Source: Coprothermobacterota bacterium (GTDB taxonomy: Bacteria; Coprothermobacterota; HKB111). Taken from it: a stretch of 64,000 nucleotides of DNA. The DNA is taken from assembly GCA_037446255.1 (NCBI GenBank), contig JBBIIY010000002.1, forward strand, positions 69,630 to 133,629. Reading direction: 5' to 3'. Position numbers and translations under genes: made by a program. This document shows, one piece after another, positions 29,040-39,365 of this stretch. The notes beneath the pieces are model-generated. The model was not told the origin of the DNA. It was given only the letters and a program-made list of their open reading frames with translations, and did no database searches. The stretch's first letter is position 1, and the number at the start of each line of letters is the position of its first letter.

Positions 29040-30800
29040 ATGTATTTAATTTTATTAAAATTCGTAAAGAAACAATTCTTTATTTACCTATCAGGAATCT
29101 TGCTATTAATTTCTGTAGATTTAGTGCAACTCTTAATTCCACAAATTTTAAGACAGGTAACTGATGAATTTAGTAAAATGACTGCCAGCATATCCAGTAT
29201 TTCTAAGTATGCTCTGACCATTGCTATCCTGGCAATTTTTATGATAATTCTCAGGTATGGCTGGAGAATGCTTATCTGGGGAACTTCCAGAAAAGTGGAA
29301 AAACTGATTAGAGAAGAATTTTATAAAAAATTACAAACTCTTGATGCTAATTATTATAACTACCATAAAACCGGAGACCTGATGGCTCTGGCAACCAACG
29401 ATATCAATGCAGTCAGAATGGCTATGGGCGAAGGTTTGCTTCTTATAACTGACTCTTTATTCATGACTATTCTCGGCATCTATTACCTCATCAATATCAA
29501 CTTTAACCTCTTTTTGGCTGTTTTTATCCCACTTCCTATTATAACTATGGTGGTTCTTTTTTTTGGCAGACTTATACACCATCGATTTAAACGAGCCCAG
29601 GAAGGCTTTGCTCAACTAACTTCCCGTGTTCAAGAATCAATATCGGGTATCAGGGTTATTAAAGCCTATGGACAGGAAGAAGGAGAGTTAGAAATATTTA
29701 AAGAAACTGCCGGTGATTTAGTTAATCGTAACCTGGATTTAGTCAGAATATGGGGGGTATTTACTCCCTTAGTTCAGTTCTTATCTTCTATCAGCCTTTT
29801 CATAACCCTTATTTACGGGGGTAGATTGGTTATTTTAGGGGTGGTTACTCTCGGTGATTTTATCGCTTTTCATGCTTACTTAGGACTCTTAACCTGGCCG
29901 ATGATGGCTCTGGGATGGGTTGCCAATATTTTACAGCGTGGAAAAGCATCTATGCAGCGGATTAATGAGGTTTTCAACCAGGTACCGGATATCAAGGACT
30001 TACCCGAAGTTAATTTTGCAATTGTAAATTTAGAAGGTAAAATTGAGTTCAAAGAAGTAACTTTTCAATATCCCGGAAGAGAAAGCCCCGCTTTAGAAAA
30101 TCTTTCATTTACCATAAAACCTGGTGAAACTCTGGGGATAATTGGAAAGTTGGGAAGTGGTAAATCAACTTTATTAAACTTAATTCCCAGGTTGTATGAC
30201 CCCAAAGAGGGAGAAATATTTATTGATGATTATAATATTAAGAGCATTCCTCTTCGGGTTTTGCGTAAAAGTATTGGTTTTGTTCCGCAAGAAACCTTCC
30301 TCTTCTCGGACAGCATAAGAGAAAATATTGCTTTCAGTCACCCATATAGTTCTCTGGACTCTATAGAAGAAGTATTGAAAAAGGCACAATTTTACGATGA
30401 TATTATGTCCTTTCCGGAAAATCTAGAAACTGAAATTGGAGAAAGAGGAGTTACTCTGTCAGGGGGACAAAAACAAAGAGCTACCATTGCCCGAGCCTTA
30501 CACATAAATCCCAAAATACTGATACTGGATGATTCCTTCTCTTCTCTGGATATTCAAACAGAAGAGAAGTTAATTAAAGCAATTATTGAATACAACAGGC
30601 AGATATGTTGCACAACCCTGATATCCTCTCATCGGGTTTCTTGTCTAAAACATTCAGATTACATAATCGTTATTGACAATGGCAGGATTATTGAATCAGG
30701 CACACACGAAACCTTAGTTAAGCAGTCTGGTTTATATTCCCATCTTTTTGAGCTTCAACAGCTGGAAAAGGAGGATAACAGTCTTTATGAAAAACCTTAG
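29040..30800 (+). CDS. ABC transporter permease/ATP-binding protein (type I exporter half-transporter, heterodimer partner 1)
   Basis: 586 aa; six N-terminal TM helices; Walker A GKLGSGKST; signature LSGGQKQR; Walker B ILILDDSFS. Confidence 0.85.
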   Translation: MYLILLKFVKKQFFIYLSGILLLISVDLVQLLIPQILRQVTDEFSKMTASISSISKYALTIAILAIFMIILRYGWRMLIWGTSRKVEKLIREEFYKKLQTLDANYYNYHKTGDLMALATNDINAVRMAMGEGLLLITDSLFMTILGIYYLININFNLFLAVFIPLPIITMVVLFFGRLIHHRFKRAQEGFAQLTSRVQESISGIRVIKAYGQEEGELEIFKETAGDLVNRNLDLVRIWGVFTPLVQFLSSISLFITLIYGGRLVILGVVTLGDFIAFHAYLGLLTWPMMALGWVANILQRGKASMQRINEVFNQVPDIKDLPEVNFAIVNLEGKIEFKEVTFQYPGRESPALENLSFTIKPGETLGIIGKLGSGKSTLLNLIPRLYDPKEGEIFIDDYNIKSIPLRVLRKSIGFVPQETFLFSDSIRENIAFSHPYSSLDSIEEVLKKAQFYDDIMSFPENLETEIGERGVTLSGGQKQRATIARALHINPKILILDDSFSSLDIQTEEKLIKAIIEYNRQICCTTLISSHRVSCLKHSDYIIVIDNGRIIESGTHETLVKQSGLYSHLFELQQLEKEDNSLYEKP

Positions 30801-32739
30801 AGAATATGACCCTGAAAGTAAGGCTCCTGACTTAATTCTTTTAAAACGACTTTCCTCTTTCGCCAGACCTTATTCTAAAACAATGCTGATTGCGCTACTA
30901 CTTATCATCATGTCCACCTTAACTGACCTGGCCATTCCCTATATAACCAAAATAGGCATTGATACATATATAAACCCTTACAAAAATATTGAAGGAGTTC
31001 CTTACTATCTTATTAGTAAGGAGCACCTGGAAGAGGTCAAACAAAATTACCCTGTGCTATACCATTCTCTGAAAAATGAATTAAAAATAGAAAACAATAC
31101 CTATCTATTAGAACAGAAATTTATTCATTCACTGAATACTGACGACCTATCCAGGTTAAGAAATTATGACTTATCTAATATTACCAAAATTTCTCTTCTG
31201 TTTCTAATTATGATAATTACTAATTTCCTACTCAACTACGGACATGTAATTTTATTAAGCATCGCCAGCCAAAAAATAATATACGATTTGAGGATAACCA
31301 TTTTTTCCCATCTCCAGGCATTACCTTTTTCCTTTTTTGATAAAAATCCTGTAGGGAGATTGGTTACCAGGGTCACTAACGATACAGACGCTATACAAGA
31401 AATGTTCAGCAATGTCATAATCACAATTATTAAAGATCTCTTGCTGGTTGTGGGTATCATTACCATTATGTTCATACTTAATACAACTTTAGCGATTGTT
31501 TCTATTTCACTTTTTCCCATATTAATAATTCTTACCATCGCTTTTAGACTTAAAGCACGGGAAATATACCGTAATGTAAGAACCCTGTTGGCTCGAATAA
31601 ATGCTTACCTCGCTGAAAACATATCTGGTATGAAAATTATTCAACTATTTCTCAGGGAAGAAGAAAACCTTGAAAGATTCAAAAATATTAATAACCTCTA
31701 TTTCCAATCAACCATAAGAAATCTCAAATTAAATTCTGTTTACAGACCAGCAATAAATGCTTTAAGCTCATTTGCTTTAGCCCTTATTGTCTATTATGGG
31801 GGTAGAGAATTTCTTAAAAATAAAATAGAGATCGGGATGTTATTTCTTTTCTTCTCCTATGTGCAAACTCTTTTCCGCCCTATTCAGGATATTGCTGAAA
31901 AATATGACTTATTACAAAGTGCTATGGCTTCAACCGAGAGAGTTGTAGGTTTGCTTAATGAGCCTATTTCTATAACCAACTCCGGCAATCCCATTGGTCT
32001 TGACTCAGCCAAGGGAACGATAGAATTTAAGAATGTATGGTTTTCTTACAATAACGATGAATGGGTTCTTAAAAATGTCTCTTTTAAGATTCATCCAGGC
32101 GAAAGCGTGGGTTTTGTGGGAGCTACCGGAGCTGGCAAAACCTCAATTATCAACCTGCTTTGCCGTTTTTATGAAGCACAGAAAGGCGAAATACTTATAG
32201 ATGGGATTAACATAAAGAACCTTACTTTGAAAGACCTGAGGAAAAACATCGCTGTTATCTTTCAGGACGTGTTTCTTTTTGCTACAGATATTAAAGAAAA
32301 CATCCGTCTTAATAACCGTGATATTTCTGATGAAGAAGTGCAAGAAGCTGCCCGAAAAGTTCAAGCACACCTGTTCATTGAAGAGTTACCTTATAAATAT
32401 GATGAAAGAATGGAAGAAAGAGGCATCACCCTTTCTTCGGGTCAAAGACAACTCATTTCTTTTGCCAGGGCGCTGGTTTTTAACCCAAGAATTCTTGTTC
32501 TTGATGAAGCAACTTCCAATGTTGATTCTGCTACAGAAGCACTTATCAACGATGCTATGAAAGTTGTAATTAAAGGAAGAACCAGTATTTTAATTGCTCA
32601 TAGGCTTTCAACTCTGGAAAGTGTAAATAAAATCATCATTTTAAGCAATGGGAAAGTTGTTGAGATGGGAACTCATGCAGAATTAATAGCGAAAAAAGGT
32701 TTTTACTACCACTTTTACAATGTTCAAAAACTTGATTAA
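30787..32739 (+). CDS. ABC transporter permease/ATP-binding protein (heterodimer partner 2)
   Basis: Start chosen at MKNLREYD (ATG 30787), which is preceded by AAGGAGG and overlaps the partner's stop by 14 nt. Walker A GATGAGKTS; signature LSSGQRQL; Walker B LVLDEATS. Confidence 0.8.
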   Translation: MKNLREYDPESKAPDLILLKRLSSFARPYSKTMLIALLLIIMSTLTDLAIPYITKIGIDTYINPYKNIEGVPYYLISKEHLEEVKQNYPVLYHSLKNELKIENNTYLLEQKFIHSLNTDDLSRLRNYDLSNITKISLLFLIMIITNFLLNYGHVILLSIASQKIIYDLRITIFSHLQALPFSFFDKNPVGRLVTRVTNDTDAIQEMFSNVIITIIKDLLLVVGIITIMFILNTTLAIVSISLFPILIILTIAFRLKAREIYRNVRTLLARINAYLAENISGMKIIQLFLREEENLERFKNINNLYFQSTIRNLKLNSVYRPAINALSSFALALIVYYGGREFLKNKIEIGMLFLFFSYVQTLFRPIQDIAEKYDLLQSAMASTERVVGLLNEPISITNSGNPIGLDSAKGTIEFKNVWFSYNNDEWVLKNVSFKIHPGESVGFVGATGAGKTSIINLLCRFYEAQKGEILIDGINIKNLTLKDLRKNIAVIFQDVFLFATDIKENIRLNNRDISDEEVQEAARKVQAHLFIEELPYKYDERMEERGITLSSGQRQLISFARALVFNPRILVLDEATSNVDSATEALINDAMKVVIKGRTSILIAHRLSTLESVNKIIILSNGKVVEMGTHAELIAKKGFYYHFYNVQKLD

Positions 32740-32805
32740 TTACCACGATAAAAATATAATTAGTATCATAATTATTTAGTAATTTAAACGTATAGGAGGT
32801 TTATC

Positions 32806-33612
32806 ATGAAATTTTATATATCTGTGGACTGGGAAGGAATATCAGGCGTTGTATCCTGGGAGATTCAGGATGACATTAAATCACCTTCCTACATGGAAAC
32901 TCGTCATAGAATGACCAAAGAGGTTAATGCTGTAGTGGAAGGCTTATTTGATGGTGGAGCAACTTATGTGTTAGTCAATGATTCCCATGGAAATATGACT
33001 AATCTTTTAATAGATGACCTGGATCCTCGAGTAGAGTTGATAATGGGAAGCCCAAAGCCTTTTTCTATGGTTGAAGGGTTAACCTCTGATTTTAATGGGG
33101 CATTGTTGCTTGGTTACCACCCTAGCGCTGGAACTTATCGTGGAATCATGGACCACACTTATTCAGGTTCATCCATCTACGAAATTAGAGTTAATGGAGA
33201 GCCTTTTTCGGAAGGTGATATAAATGGTAGTTTTGCTGGCTCCCTGGGTGTTCCAGTTGTTCTGGTATCTGGAGATAAATCAGTAGTTGAATCCTTGATG
33301 CTCAGGTTTAAGGGTTCCCTTGGTGTTATAAGTAAGATCGCCTTGGGAAGATCCACCGCTCGTTTGTACCATCCCACAAAAGTTTATGAGGAATTAAAGA
33401 AAAAAGCCAGGGAAGCTGCCAAATACACAACTAACTTAAAACCATATTGCCCGGACTTTCCCATAACTATGGAAATTGATTTTACAACTACTCAAAAGAC
33501 TGATGTAGCCTCTATTCTTCCCGAAGCGGAAAGAATTGGACCAAGAACGGTAAAAATAATTTCCCCGGATATGCAAACCGCCTTTAGAAGATTGCTGGTG
33601 CTACTAAGATAA
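32806..33612 (+). CDS. dppA: D-aminopeptidase DppA (peptidase M55 family)
   Basis: 268 aa; N-terminus MKFYISVDWEGISGV characteristic of M55; GGAGG RBS upstream. Confidence 0.75.
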   Translation: MKFYISVDWEGISGVVSWEIQDDIKSPSYMETRHRMTKEVNAVVEGLFDGGATYVLVNDSHGNMTNLLIDDLDPRVELIMGSPKPFSMVEGLTSDFNGALLLGYHPSAGTYRGIMDHTYSGSSIYEIRVNGEPFSEGDINGSFAGSLGVPVVLVSGDKSVVESLMLRFKGSLGVISKIALGRSTARLYHPTKVYEELKKKAREAAKYTTNLKPYCPDFPITMEIDFTTTQKTDVASILPEAERIGPRTVKIISPDMQTAFRRLLVLLR

Positions 33613-33624
33613 ATTTTTTGAAGT

Positions 33625-35328
33625 TTAGCGGTGGTTATTTTTAGAGTTATTTATATAAGCTTCGGAAATGTACCGGTTAAGCATCCGGTGGCTATTGAAG
33701 TAATGAGATATCTTACCAATAGAATTTTTCATAACTTTAACCCAATCATTATGCTTATAGTAAAACATAGGTAAAATTATATATTCCAATTTAGAATAAA
33801 GGTCGTCTATTTCTTTTCTGAAAGACTCATCAGCAGAAACTATCGCATCGGGATGATAACCGATGCACCAACCGGTGATACCCTCTATCCACCCTTCAAT
33901 CCACCAGCCATCAAGAACGCTGAAGTTTACAACACCGTTGTGAGCCGCTTTCATACCACTTGTCCCGGAAGCCTCTAAAGGTCTTTGTGGTGTGTTTAAC
34001 CATAAATCAACACCAGCAACCATTTTTGTTGCTATATTTATATTGTAATCTTCAAGATATACAACTTTAATTTCCTCTTTCAAATATTTAATTTTATTTA
34101 TTATTTCATTTATTATTGTCTTACCTGAATCATCCATTTTATGAGCTTTCCCAGAGAAAATAATTTGAATTTTATTCTGTTTATTTATCTTTTTTAATCT
34201 TTCTAAATCGGTAAAAATAAGATTAGCACGCTTATAAGCTGTGGCGCGCCTGGCAAAACCTATGGTGAAAGTTTCATAATCCATTTGAACCTGGTGATTT
34301 TGATTTACATAATCAATCAGTTCTTTTTTTGCATCTTGGTGAGCTTTCCAGATTTCCCAATCAGGAATTAAATCAGCTTTGAAAAGTAAATCGGGTTCTC
34401 CAATCCACCCTGGTATATATTTATCAAACAGGTTCCTGAAGCTCTTTGCCGACCAGCTATGGGAATGGACACCATTAGTTATAGAATGGATATTATATCC
34501 AGGAAACATAATTTTAGTAACTTCTCTGTGCTTTCTGGCAACTCCATTTATATAATTACTCAGGTTTAAAGCCAGTAAGGTCATGTTAAGATGTTCATTA
34601 CCACCAAATTTTTTTATATCATCAAGAGACATGTAGTCTCCAAGGTTTTTTTGTATCATCTGGTAATCAAATATATCGTGACCTGCCTCTATAGGGGTAT
34701 GAGTGGTAAAAACACACAAATCTCTTACCTTATCTATATTCATATCATTCATCTTTAAAAGTTCAAGGGCTAAAAAACTGGAGTGTCCTTCGTTCATATG
34801 ATATTTTTCAATATTTAAATTGAATGCTTTAAGTATTCTTACTCCCCCTATTCCCAGAACTATTTCCTGTTTCAACCGGTAATTCTTATCTCTATCATAT
34901 AAATAGGAAGTTATTTCCCTGTCTTCGGCATGATTATCTAAAACATCTGTATCCAGAAATAATATGGGCACTTCATGACCAAGGATACTTCTTGTAGAAT
35001 ACAGCCAGGTTTTAATCTTGACTTCCCTTCCTTCAATTGCAACCGAGGTACTAATTGGCAATAACTCCATTTTTTCAACGGGGTTCCATTCTTGAGGCAA
35101 TTCATACTGGTTTCCCTCTGCATCAATATACTGTTTGAAGTAACCTTTGCTACTTATCAATGTCACGGCAATAAGTGGAAGGCCTAAATCAGCAGCTGTT
35201 TTAACAGTATCTCCAGCGAGAACACCAAGTCCGCCTGCATAGGTTGAAATAGAACTTTCAATGCCTATTTCCATTGAAAAGTAGGCAATTTTTGACTTGT
35301 TTAATATCATATTATGTTTATCAATCAC
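33625..35328 (-). CDS. glgP: Alpha-glucan (maltodextrin/glycogen) phosphorylase, short GT35 type
   Basis: 567 aa; PLP-site region EASGTSGMKAAHNGVVNFSVLDGWW. Confidence 0.8.
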   Translation of the reverse strand: MIDKHNMILNKSKIAYFSMEIGIESSISTYAGGLGVLAGDTVKTAADLGLPLIAVTLISSKGYFKQYIDAEGNQYELPQEWNPVEKMELLPISTSVAIEGREVKIKTWLYSTRSILGHEVPILFLDTDVLDNHAEDREITSYLYDRDKNYRLKQEIVLGIGGVRILKAFNLNIEKYHMNEGHSSFLALELLKMNDMNIDKVRDLCVFTTHTPIEAGHDIFDYQMIQKNLGDYMSLDDIKKFGGNEHLNMTLLALNLSNYINGVARKHREVTKIMFPGYNIHSITNGVHSHSWSAKSFRNLFDKYIPGWIGEPDLLFKADLIPDWEIWKAHQDAKKELIDYVNQNHQVQMDYETFTIGFARRATAYKRANLIFTDLERLKKINKQNKIQIIFSGKAHKMDDSGKTIINEIINKIKYLKEEIKVVYLEDYNINIATKMVAGVDLWLNTPQRPLEASGTSGMKAAHNGVVNFSVLDGWWIEGWIEGITGWCIGYHPDAIVSADESFRKEIDDLYSKLEYIILPMFYYKHNDWVKVMKNSIGKISHYFNSHRMLNRYISEAYINNSKNNHR

Positions 35329-35396
35329 GATTATTTTTCATAATTTCTTAATAAAAAGACCCTAATAGTATATCAAATAATTGTTTTAACGCATCC

Positions 35397-36254
35397 TCAA
35401 ACAGATGCCCACTCTTCTTTAAGTATCTCTCCTTGAATACCTACTACGATAAATTTAAGGGGAATTTTCCTTTTTGATTGTGTAATAGCAAGTTTTGCAA
35501 GTTGCAATAATCCCATACAACAGGGTACTTGCATAATCATTACTGTAAGAGTGTTAATTTTAGCTGTTTCGATCAAATCTTTTAACTTTTCCAGGTAAAC
35601 ATCCTGCCCCTCATCAAGTTTAGGGCAGGCTATAGTTAAAGATTTACCTTTCAAATAATCAGAATGGAAATTTCCCAGTGCATAAGCTACGCAATCAGCT
35701 GCTAAAAGTAAGTCAGCATTCTCAAAATAAGGGGCCCGTGGTGACACCAGATGTAATTGTACTGGCCACTGTCTTAATTGAGATTTAATTTTTACTGTTG
35801 ACTCAATTTCATCAATTTGCTCTCTAAAATCCATAGCTTTAGACCCCGGGCAACCCGATTGTTCATAAGTATGCAAACAAGGCGATTCGCTCTCTATATC
35901 CTGGGGAATTTTGTAATCATGTTCTCTAAGGTAATCTAATGCTTGATTAAACAGTTCTTTTTCTCCATGCTCTTTAAGATGAAGCAGGTGGGCTTTAATT
36001 ACATTATCTCCCTGTTTGACAATATTTTCCATTACCTGGTATTCATCATAAGGCTCTGCTTCCCTTTCTATAATTTCAATAGCACCTTCAGGACAATACC
36101 CCAGGCAAGCTCCCAGGCCATCACAGAATAAATCACTGATTAACCTCGCTTTACCATCAATTACCTGTAAAGCTCCTTCAGGACAGTTGGGAATGCATAA
36201 TCCACAACCATTGCACTTTTCTTCCTTAATCTTGATAATACTTCTTACAGACAT
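35397..36254 (-). CDS. 4Fe-4S dicluster domain protein with Cys-rich C-terminal domain
   Basis: 285 aa; two ferredoxin motifs CNGCGLCIPNCP and CDGLGACLGYCP; further Cys pairs (CPKLD, VPCCMG). Confidence 0.6.
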   Translation of the reverse strand: MSVRSIIKIKEEKCNGCGLCIPNCPEGALQVIDGKARLISDLFCDGLGACLGYCPEGAIEIIEREAEPYDEYQVMENIVKQGDNVIKAHLLHLKEHGEKELFNQALDYLREHDYKIPQDIESESPCLHTYEQSGCPGSKAMDFREQIDEIESTVKIKSQLRQWPVQLHLVSPRAPYFENADLLLAADCVAYALGNFHSDYLKGKSLTIACPKLDEGQDVYLEKLKDLIETAKINTLTVMIMQVPCCMGLLQLAKLAITQSKRKIPLKFIVVGIQGEILKEEWASV

Positions 36255-36268
36255 TTTAACTCTCCTAT

Positions 36269-36673
36269 TTATTCTAATAGTGAAGCCAGAGTTATGGCTT
36301 TTAATTCATTTAATATTTTTTCTTCTAATAACAACATTTTTATGCGTAATATACATTTATTCCTGTCAGGGCAAATATTTTTTCTAAATACACATTCACT
36401 AACTCCTATTGGTCCTTGAAATAACTCTAACAATTCTATTAAAAATATTTTTTCTGCTTCTCTAACAGTAATAAAACCACCGCCCTTTCCTTTCTGAGAA
36501 TGTAAAATTCCTCCTTTATTTAACTTCTGTAATATTTTCCTCAAAAAAGGTCGGGGTATTGAAAGGTTTTTTTCAATATCTTCAGCAGTATAAATATTTT
36601 TGACTGCCCTGTACATAAAACCAAGGACTCTAATAGCATAATCAGTTTCTCTATTTATTAACCTGTTTCTCAT
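36269..36673 (-). CDS. Rrf2 family transcriptional regulator (IscR/NsrR-like)
   Basis: 134 aa; N-terminal wHTH (ETDYAIRVLGFM); C-terminal Cys residues (C-x7-C-x5-C) for an Fe-S cluster. Confidence 0.8.
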   Translation of the reverse strand: MRNRLINRETDYAIRVLGFMYRAVKNIYTAEDIEKNLSIPRPFLRKILQKLNKGGILHSQKGKGGGFITVREAEKIFLIELLELFQGPIGVSECVFRKNICPDRNKCILRIKMLLLEEKILNELKAITLASLLE

Positions 36674-36792
36674 AATAACTATATGATACTATAATAGTAT
36701 CATTATTGTCAAGTATTTTTTGCTATCAGTTTTTATTTCGATTAATTTTGTATCAAAACTATCTCTTATGGTATAAACTAAATATTATAAAA

Positions 36793-37539
36793 ATGACAGA
36801 ATTTGAATTTGAGAAAGTATTTGATTTAGAAGATTATTTTTTTATTTATGGTCCCTTGCTTACACAAGAAGTAAATGAAACACAATCAAACTTTATTGAT
36901 GAAGTACTGGGGTTAGAAAAGGGTTCTAAAATCCTTGATTTATGCTGTGGTTTCGGAAGAATCACCAACATCCTGGCTGAAAAAGGGTACTCCATGTCAG
37001 GATTAGATAACTCAGCAGAGTTTTTGCAAATAGCACGACAGGAAGCTGAGAAAAAACAGTTAAGGGTCAATTACTACCAGAATGACATGCGAAATCTTGA
37101 ATTTTTTGAAGAATTTGATGCAGTTATTAATATTTTTACAAGTTTTGGCTATTTTTGCGATGAAGATAACTTCAAAGTTTTGCAGGGTATTTCAAACTCT
37201 CTAAAAAAAGGTGGTAAATTTCTTCTGGAAATGTTCAATCGTGAATATATCTTAAAAAATTACCTGCCCTATATTGTCACCAAAAGAGAAGAGGGTTATG
37301 TTGCTGATATTAATTCTTTTGACATTATAAACTCAAGAAATTGCACAGAAAGGATTCTATTTAGAGATGGCAAAATTAAAAAAGCCAACTTTTTCGTGAG
37401 AGCCTACACTTTTACAGAAATTAAATGTCTCTTAAGCAAAGTAGGATTAAAAGTAACCTCAACTTTTGGGAACTTTAAAATTGATGAGCCTTACACCCTG
37501 AACTCCAGGCGAATGATAGTGTTGGTTATTAAAGTTTAA
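36793..37539 (+). CDS. Class I SAM-dependent methyltransferase
   Basis: Motif I ILDLCCGFGRIT; start moved to the MTEFEFEK ATG at 36793, because the ORF-track start at 36706 would add a junk hydrophobic extension and remove the divergent promoter region. Confidence 0.7.
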   Translation: MTEFEFEKVFDLEDYFFIYGPLLTQEVNETQSNFIDEVLGLEKGSKILDLCCGFGRITNILAEKGYSMSGLDNSAEFLQIARQEAEKKQLRVNYYQNDMRNLEFFEEFDAVINIFTSFGYFCDEDNFKVLQGISNSLKKGGKFLLEMFNREYILKNYLPYIVTKREEGYVADINSFDIINSRNCTERILFRDGKIKKANFFVRAYTFTEIKCLLSKVGLKVTSTFGNFKIDEPYTLNSRRMIVLVIKV

Positions 37540-38333
37540 TCAGCTAAAATTCTCTGTAAATTTTCCCGGCTAATTATTATATCGTTAATAGAGTCTTTAA
37601 AAGAAAATATTTCCATTATGGCTGTTCCCTGAAAACCCTTAAGAAAGCTCTTGTAATTATTGTAGGGTAAGGAGCCGGTCCCTACCGGAAGATGTTCATC
37701 AGCAAATCCATAATTATCATGTAGATGAAGATGTTTAATATACGGTTTAAGAGTGTCAATGAATTCCTGGGTTAATTTAGCTATATGAGCATGTCCGAAA
37801 TCCAGGGTAACTTTTAATTCCGAGTTAAAAGTATTCATTAATTTGAGCATCTTATCAGGTTTATTTACCATCCAGGTATCTTCAATTCCCAGGTTCTCTA
37901 CAGCTATGGTAATGTCAAGAGAATTTGCTATTATCAATAAATCACCAAGTAGTTTTTCCATCCGTTCTTCCACAACTTCCAGAACAGGTTGAAAACAAAT
38001 AGGAGCAAAGGCTGGATGAAAAACAGATAGTTTAACCCCTACTTCAGCAGCAAAATTTAAAGCAATGATATTTTCTTCTCTGGTTAATTTATAAATACCA
38101 GCATTCAAACTACCGGTGTTAAAGTCTAACGCTGGAAGATGTAATGTTAATTCCACCCCTTCCTCTCTTGCCACTTTACCAATTTCTTTTGATGTTTCCT
38201 TAAAGGGGAAGTTATCAATAAACAAAAAATCTCCAAATATCTCCACCAGTTCAAAATCCAATTCACGGGCTTTTTTAATAGCTTCAGTTATTTTAAGATG
38301 ACCTGTGGATAGAGCAGAAATACCTATTTTCAT
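37536..38333 (-). CDS. Sugar phosphate isomerase/epimerase (xylose isomerase-like TIM barrel)
   Basis: Start taken at MKIGISAL (ATG complement of 38331..38333) with GGAGG RBS; the ORF-track extension to 38393 would run to within ~30 nt of tRNA-Leu and lacks an RBS. Confidence 0.7.
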   Translation of the reverse strand: MKIGISALSTGHLKITEAIKKARELDFELVEIFGDFLFIDNFPFKETSKEIGKVAREEGVELTLHLPALDFNTGSLNAGIYKLTREENIIALNFAAEVGVKLSVFHPAFAPICFQPVLEVVEERMEKLLGDLLIIANSLDITIAVENLGIEDTWMVNKPDKMLKLMNTFNSELKVTLDFGHAHIAKLTQEFIDTLKPYIKHLHLHDNYGFADEHLPVGTGSLPYNNYKSFLKGFQGTAIMEIFSFKDSINDIIISRENLQRILAD

Positions 38334-38363
38334 AATATTCCTCCTGAATTTAAATGCAAAAAA

Positions 38364-38451
38364 TGGTGCCGGGGAAGGGAATCGAACCCCCACGAGGTTT
38401 ACCCTCAGCGGATTTTAAGTCCGCTGCGTCTGCCTGTTCCGCCACCCCGGC
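38364..38451 (-). tRNA. tRNA-Leu (anticodon UAA), CCA encoded
   Basis: Cloverleaf read on the minus strand: GCCGGGGTGGCGGAAC...GGACUUAAAAUCCGC...long variable arm...GGGGGTTCGATTCCCTTCCCCGGCACCA; 88 nt. Confidence 0.85.
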
Positions 38452-38460
38452 ATTGTCTTC

Positions 38461-38537
38461 TGGAGGCGAGGGCCGGATTTGAACCGGCGGATAGCGATTT
38501 TGCAGACCGCCGCCTTAGGCCACTTGGCTACCTCGCC
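38461..38537 (-). tRNA. tRNA-Cys (anticodon GCA), CCA encoded
   Basis: GGCGAGG acceptor; anticodon loop CUGCAAA; T-arm GCCGGTTCAAATCCGGC; 77 nt. Confidence 0.85.
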
Positions 38538-38651
38538 ATAAATACTTTATAATTATATAATAAAGATGCAATATTATTACCAACCTTAAGCAATTGATTC
38601 GCAAAAATAAGGGTAAAATAGATTACCTTACTAAATTTAAAGGGGTAAATA

Positions 38652-39047
38652 ATGAAAAGAGTGGAATTTACCATTAATTCTAAAACAAATATTGAATCAA
38701 TTGATATAACTGCAAAAATTAACAATTTCTTGAGAAATAATGATTTTTCCGCAAATGTGTGTAATATTTTTATACCTCACACCACTGCTGGAGTTTCCAT
38801 CAATGAAAACACTGACCCTGAGGTTATGAATGATTTTTTAAATAAAATCAATCAGTTAATCCCGGTAAATGATCAATACCACCATTTAGAAGGCAATTCA
38901 CCGGCTCATATAAAGACAGTGCTCTGTGGTAACAGCCTGATGGTACCAGTTAAAGAAAACAGATTATTATTAGGAACATGGCAGGGTATATTCCTGCTGG
39001 AATTTGATGGTCCGCGAGAAAGAAAAATCGTTTTAACTTTTTTATAA
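38652..39047 (+). CDS. yjbQ: YjbQ/UPF0047 family protein (secondary thiamine-phosphate synthase-like)
   Basis: 131 aa; conserved IPHTTAG, GNSPAHIK and LGTWQGIFLLEFDGPR blocks. Confidence 0.8.
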   Translation: MKRVEFTINSKTNIESIDITAKINNFLRNNDFSANVCNIFIPHTTAGVSINENTDPEVMNDFLNKINQLIPVNDQYHHLEGNSPAHIKTVLCGNSLMVPVKENRLLLGTWQGIFLLEFDGPRERKIVLTFL

Positions 39048-39162
39048 CTAGTCTGGAAAAATTATACACAACTCACTTAGTCTCTCTGGTTTTTTTGTAT
39101 TAAATTTATTAATTATAAGATATACCTTGTTATCTGACACATTACCTTGATAAGCTAAAGAG

Positions 39163-39238
39163 ATGGAGCGGGAAACGGGATTCGAACCCGCGACCCTCAG
39201 CTTGGGAAGCTGATGCTCTACCGGCTGAGCTACTCCCG
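39163..39238 (-). tRNA. tRNA-Gly (anticodon CCC), CCA encoded
   Basis: GCGGGAGTAGCTCAGCCGGTAGAGC...loop UUCCCAA...GGGTTCGAATCCCGTTTCCCGCTCCA; 76 nt. Confidence 0.85.
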
Positions 39239-39247
39239 CATAAGAGG

Positions 39248-39323
39248 ATGGTGCCGAGAGACGGAATTGAACCGCCGACGCAGGGATTTTCAGTCCCTCG
39301 CTCTACCAACTGAGCTATCTCGG
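39248..39323 (-). tRNA. tRNA-Phe (anticodon GAA), CCA encoded
   Basis: GCCGAGATAGCTCAGTTGGTAGAGC...loop CUGAAAA...GGTTCAATTCCGTCTCTCGGCACCA; 76 nt. Confidence 0.85.
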
Positions 39324-39365
39324 CACAACAGATGTATTATATCATTAATAGGTTTAAAATTTGAT

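Noticed and set aside
36706-36792. N-terminal extension of the methyltransferase ORF (start at 36706)
   Set aside because: The extension is hydrophobic low-complexity sequence, would leave about 30 nt for two divergent promoters, and the MT fold begins at the MTEFEF Met (36793).
38334-38393. N-terminal extension of the sugar-phosphate isomerase ORF
   Set aside because: MKIGISAL (38333) has a GGAGG RBS; the extension (MGVRFPSPAPFF...) has none and would abut tRNA-Leu.
39048-39160. Direct repeat TAGTCTGG...TAGTCTCTCTGG followed by a T7 tract after yjbQ; possible terminator
   Set aside because: The repeats are direct, not inverted, so no hairpin forms; a T-tract alone is insufficient.
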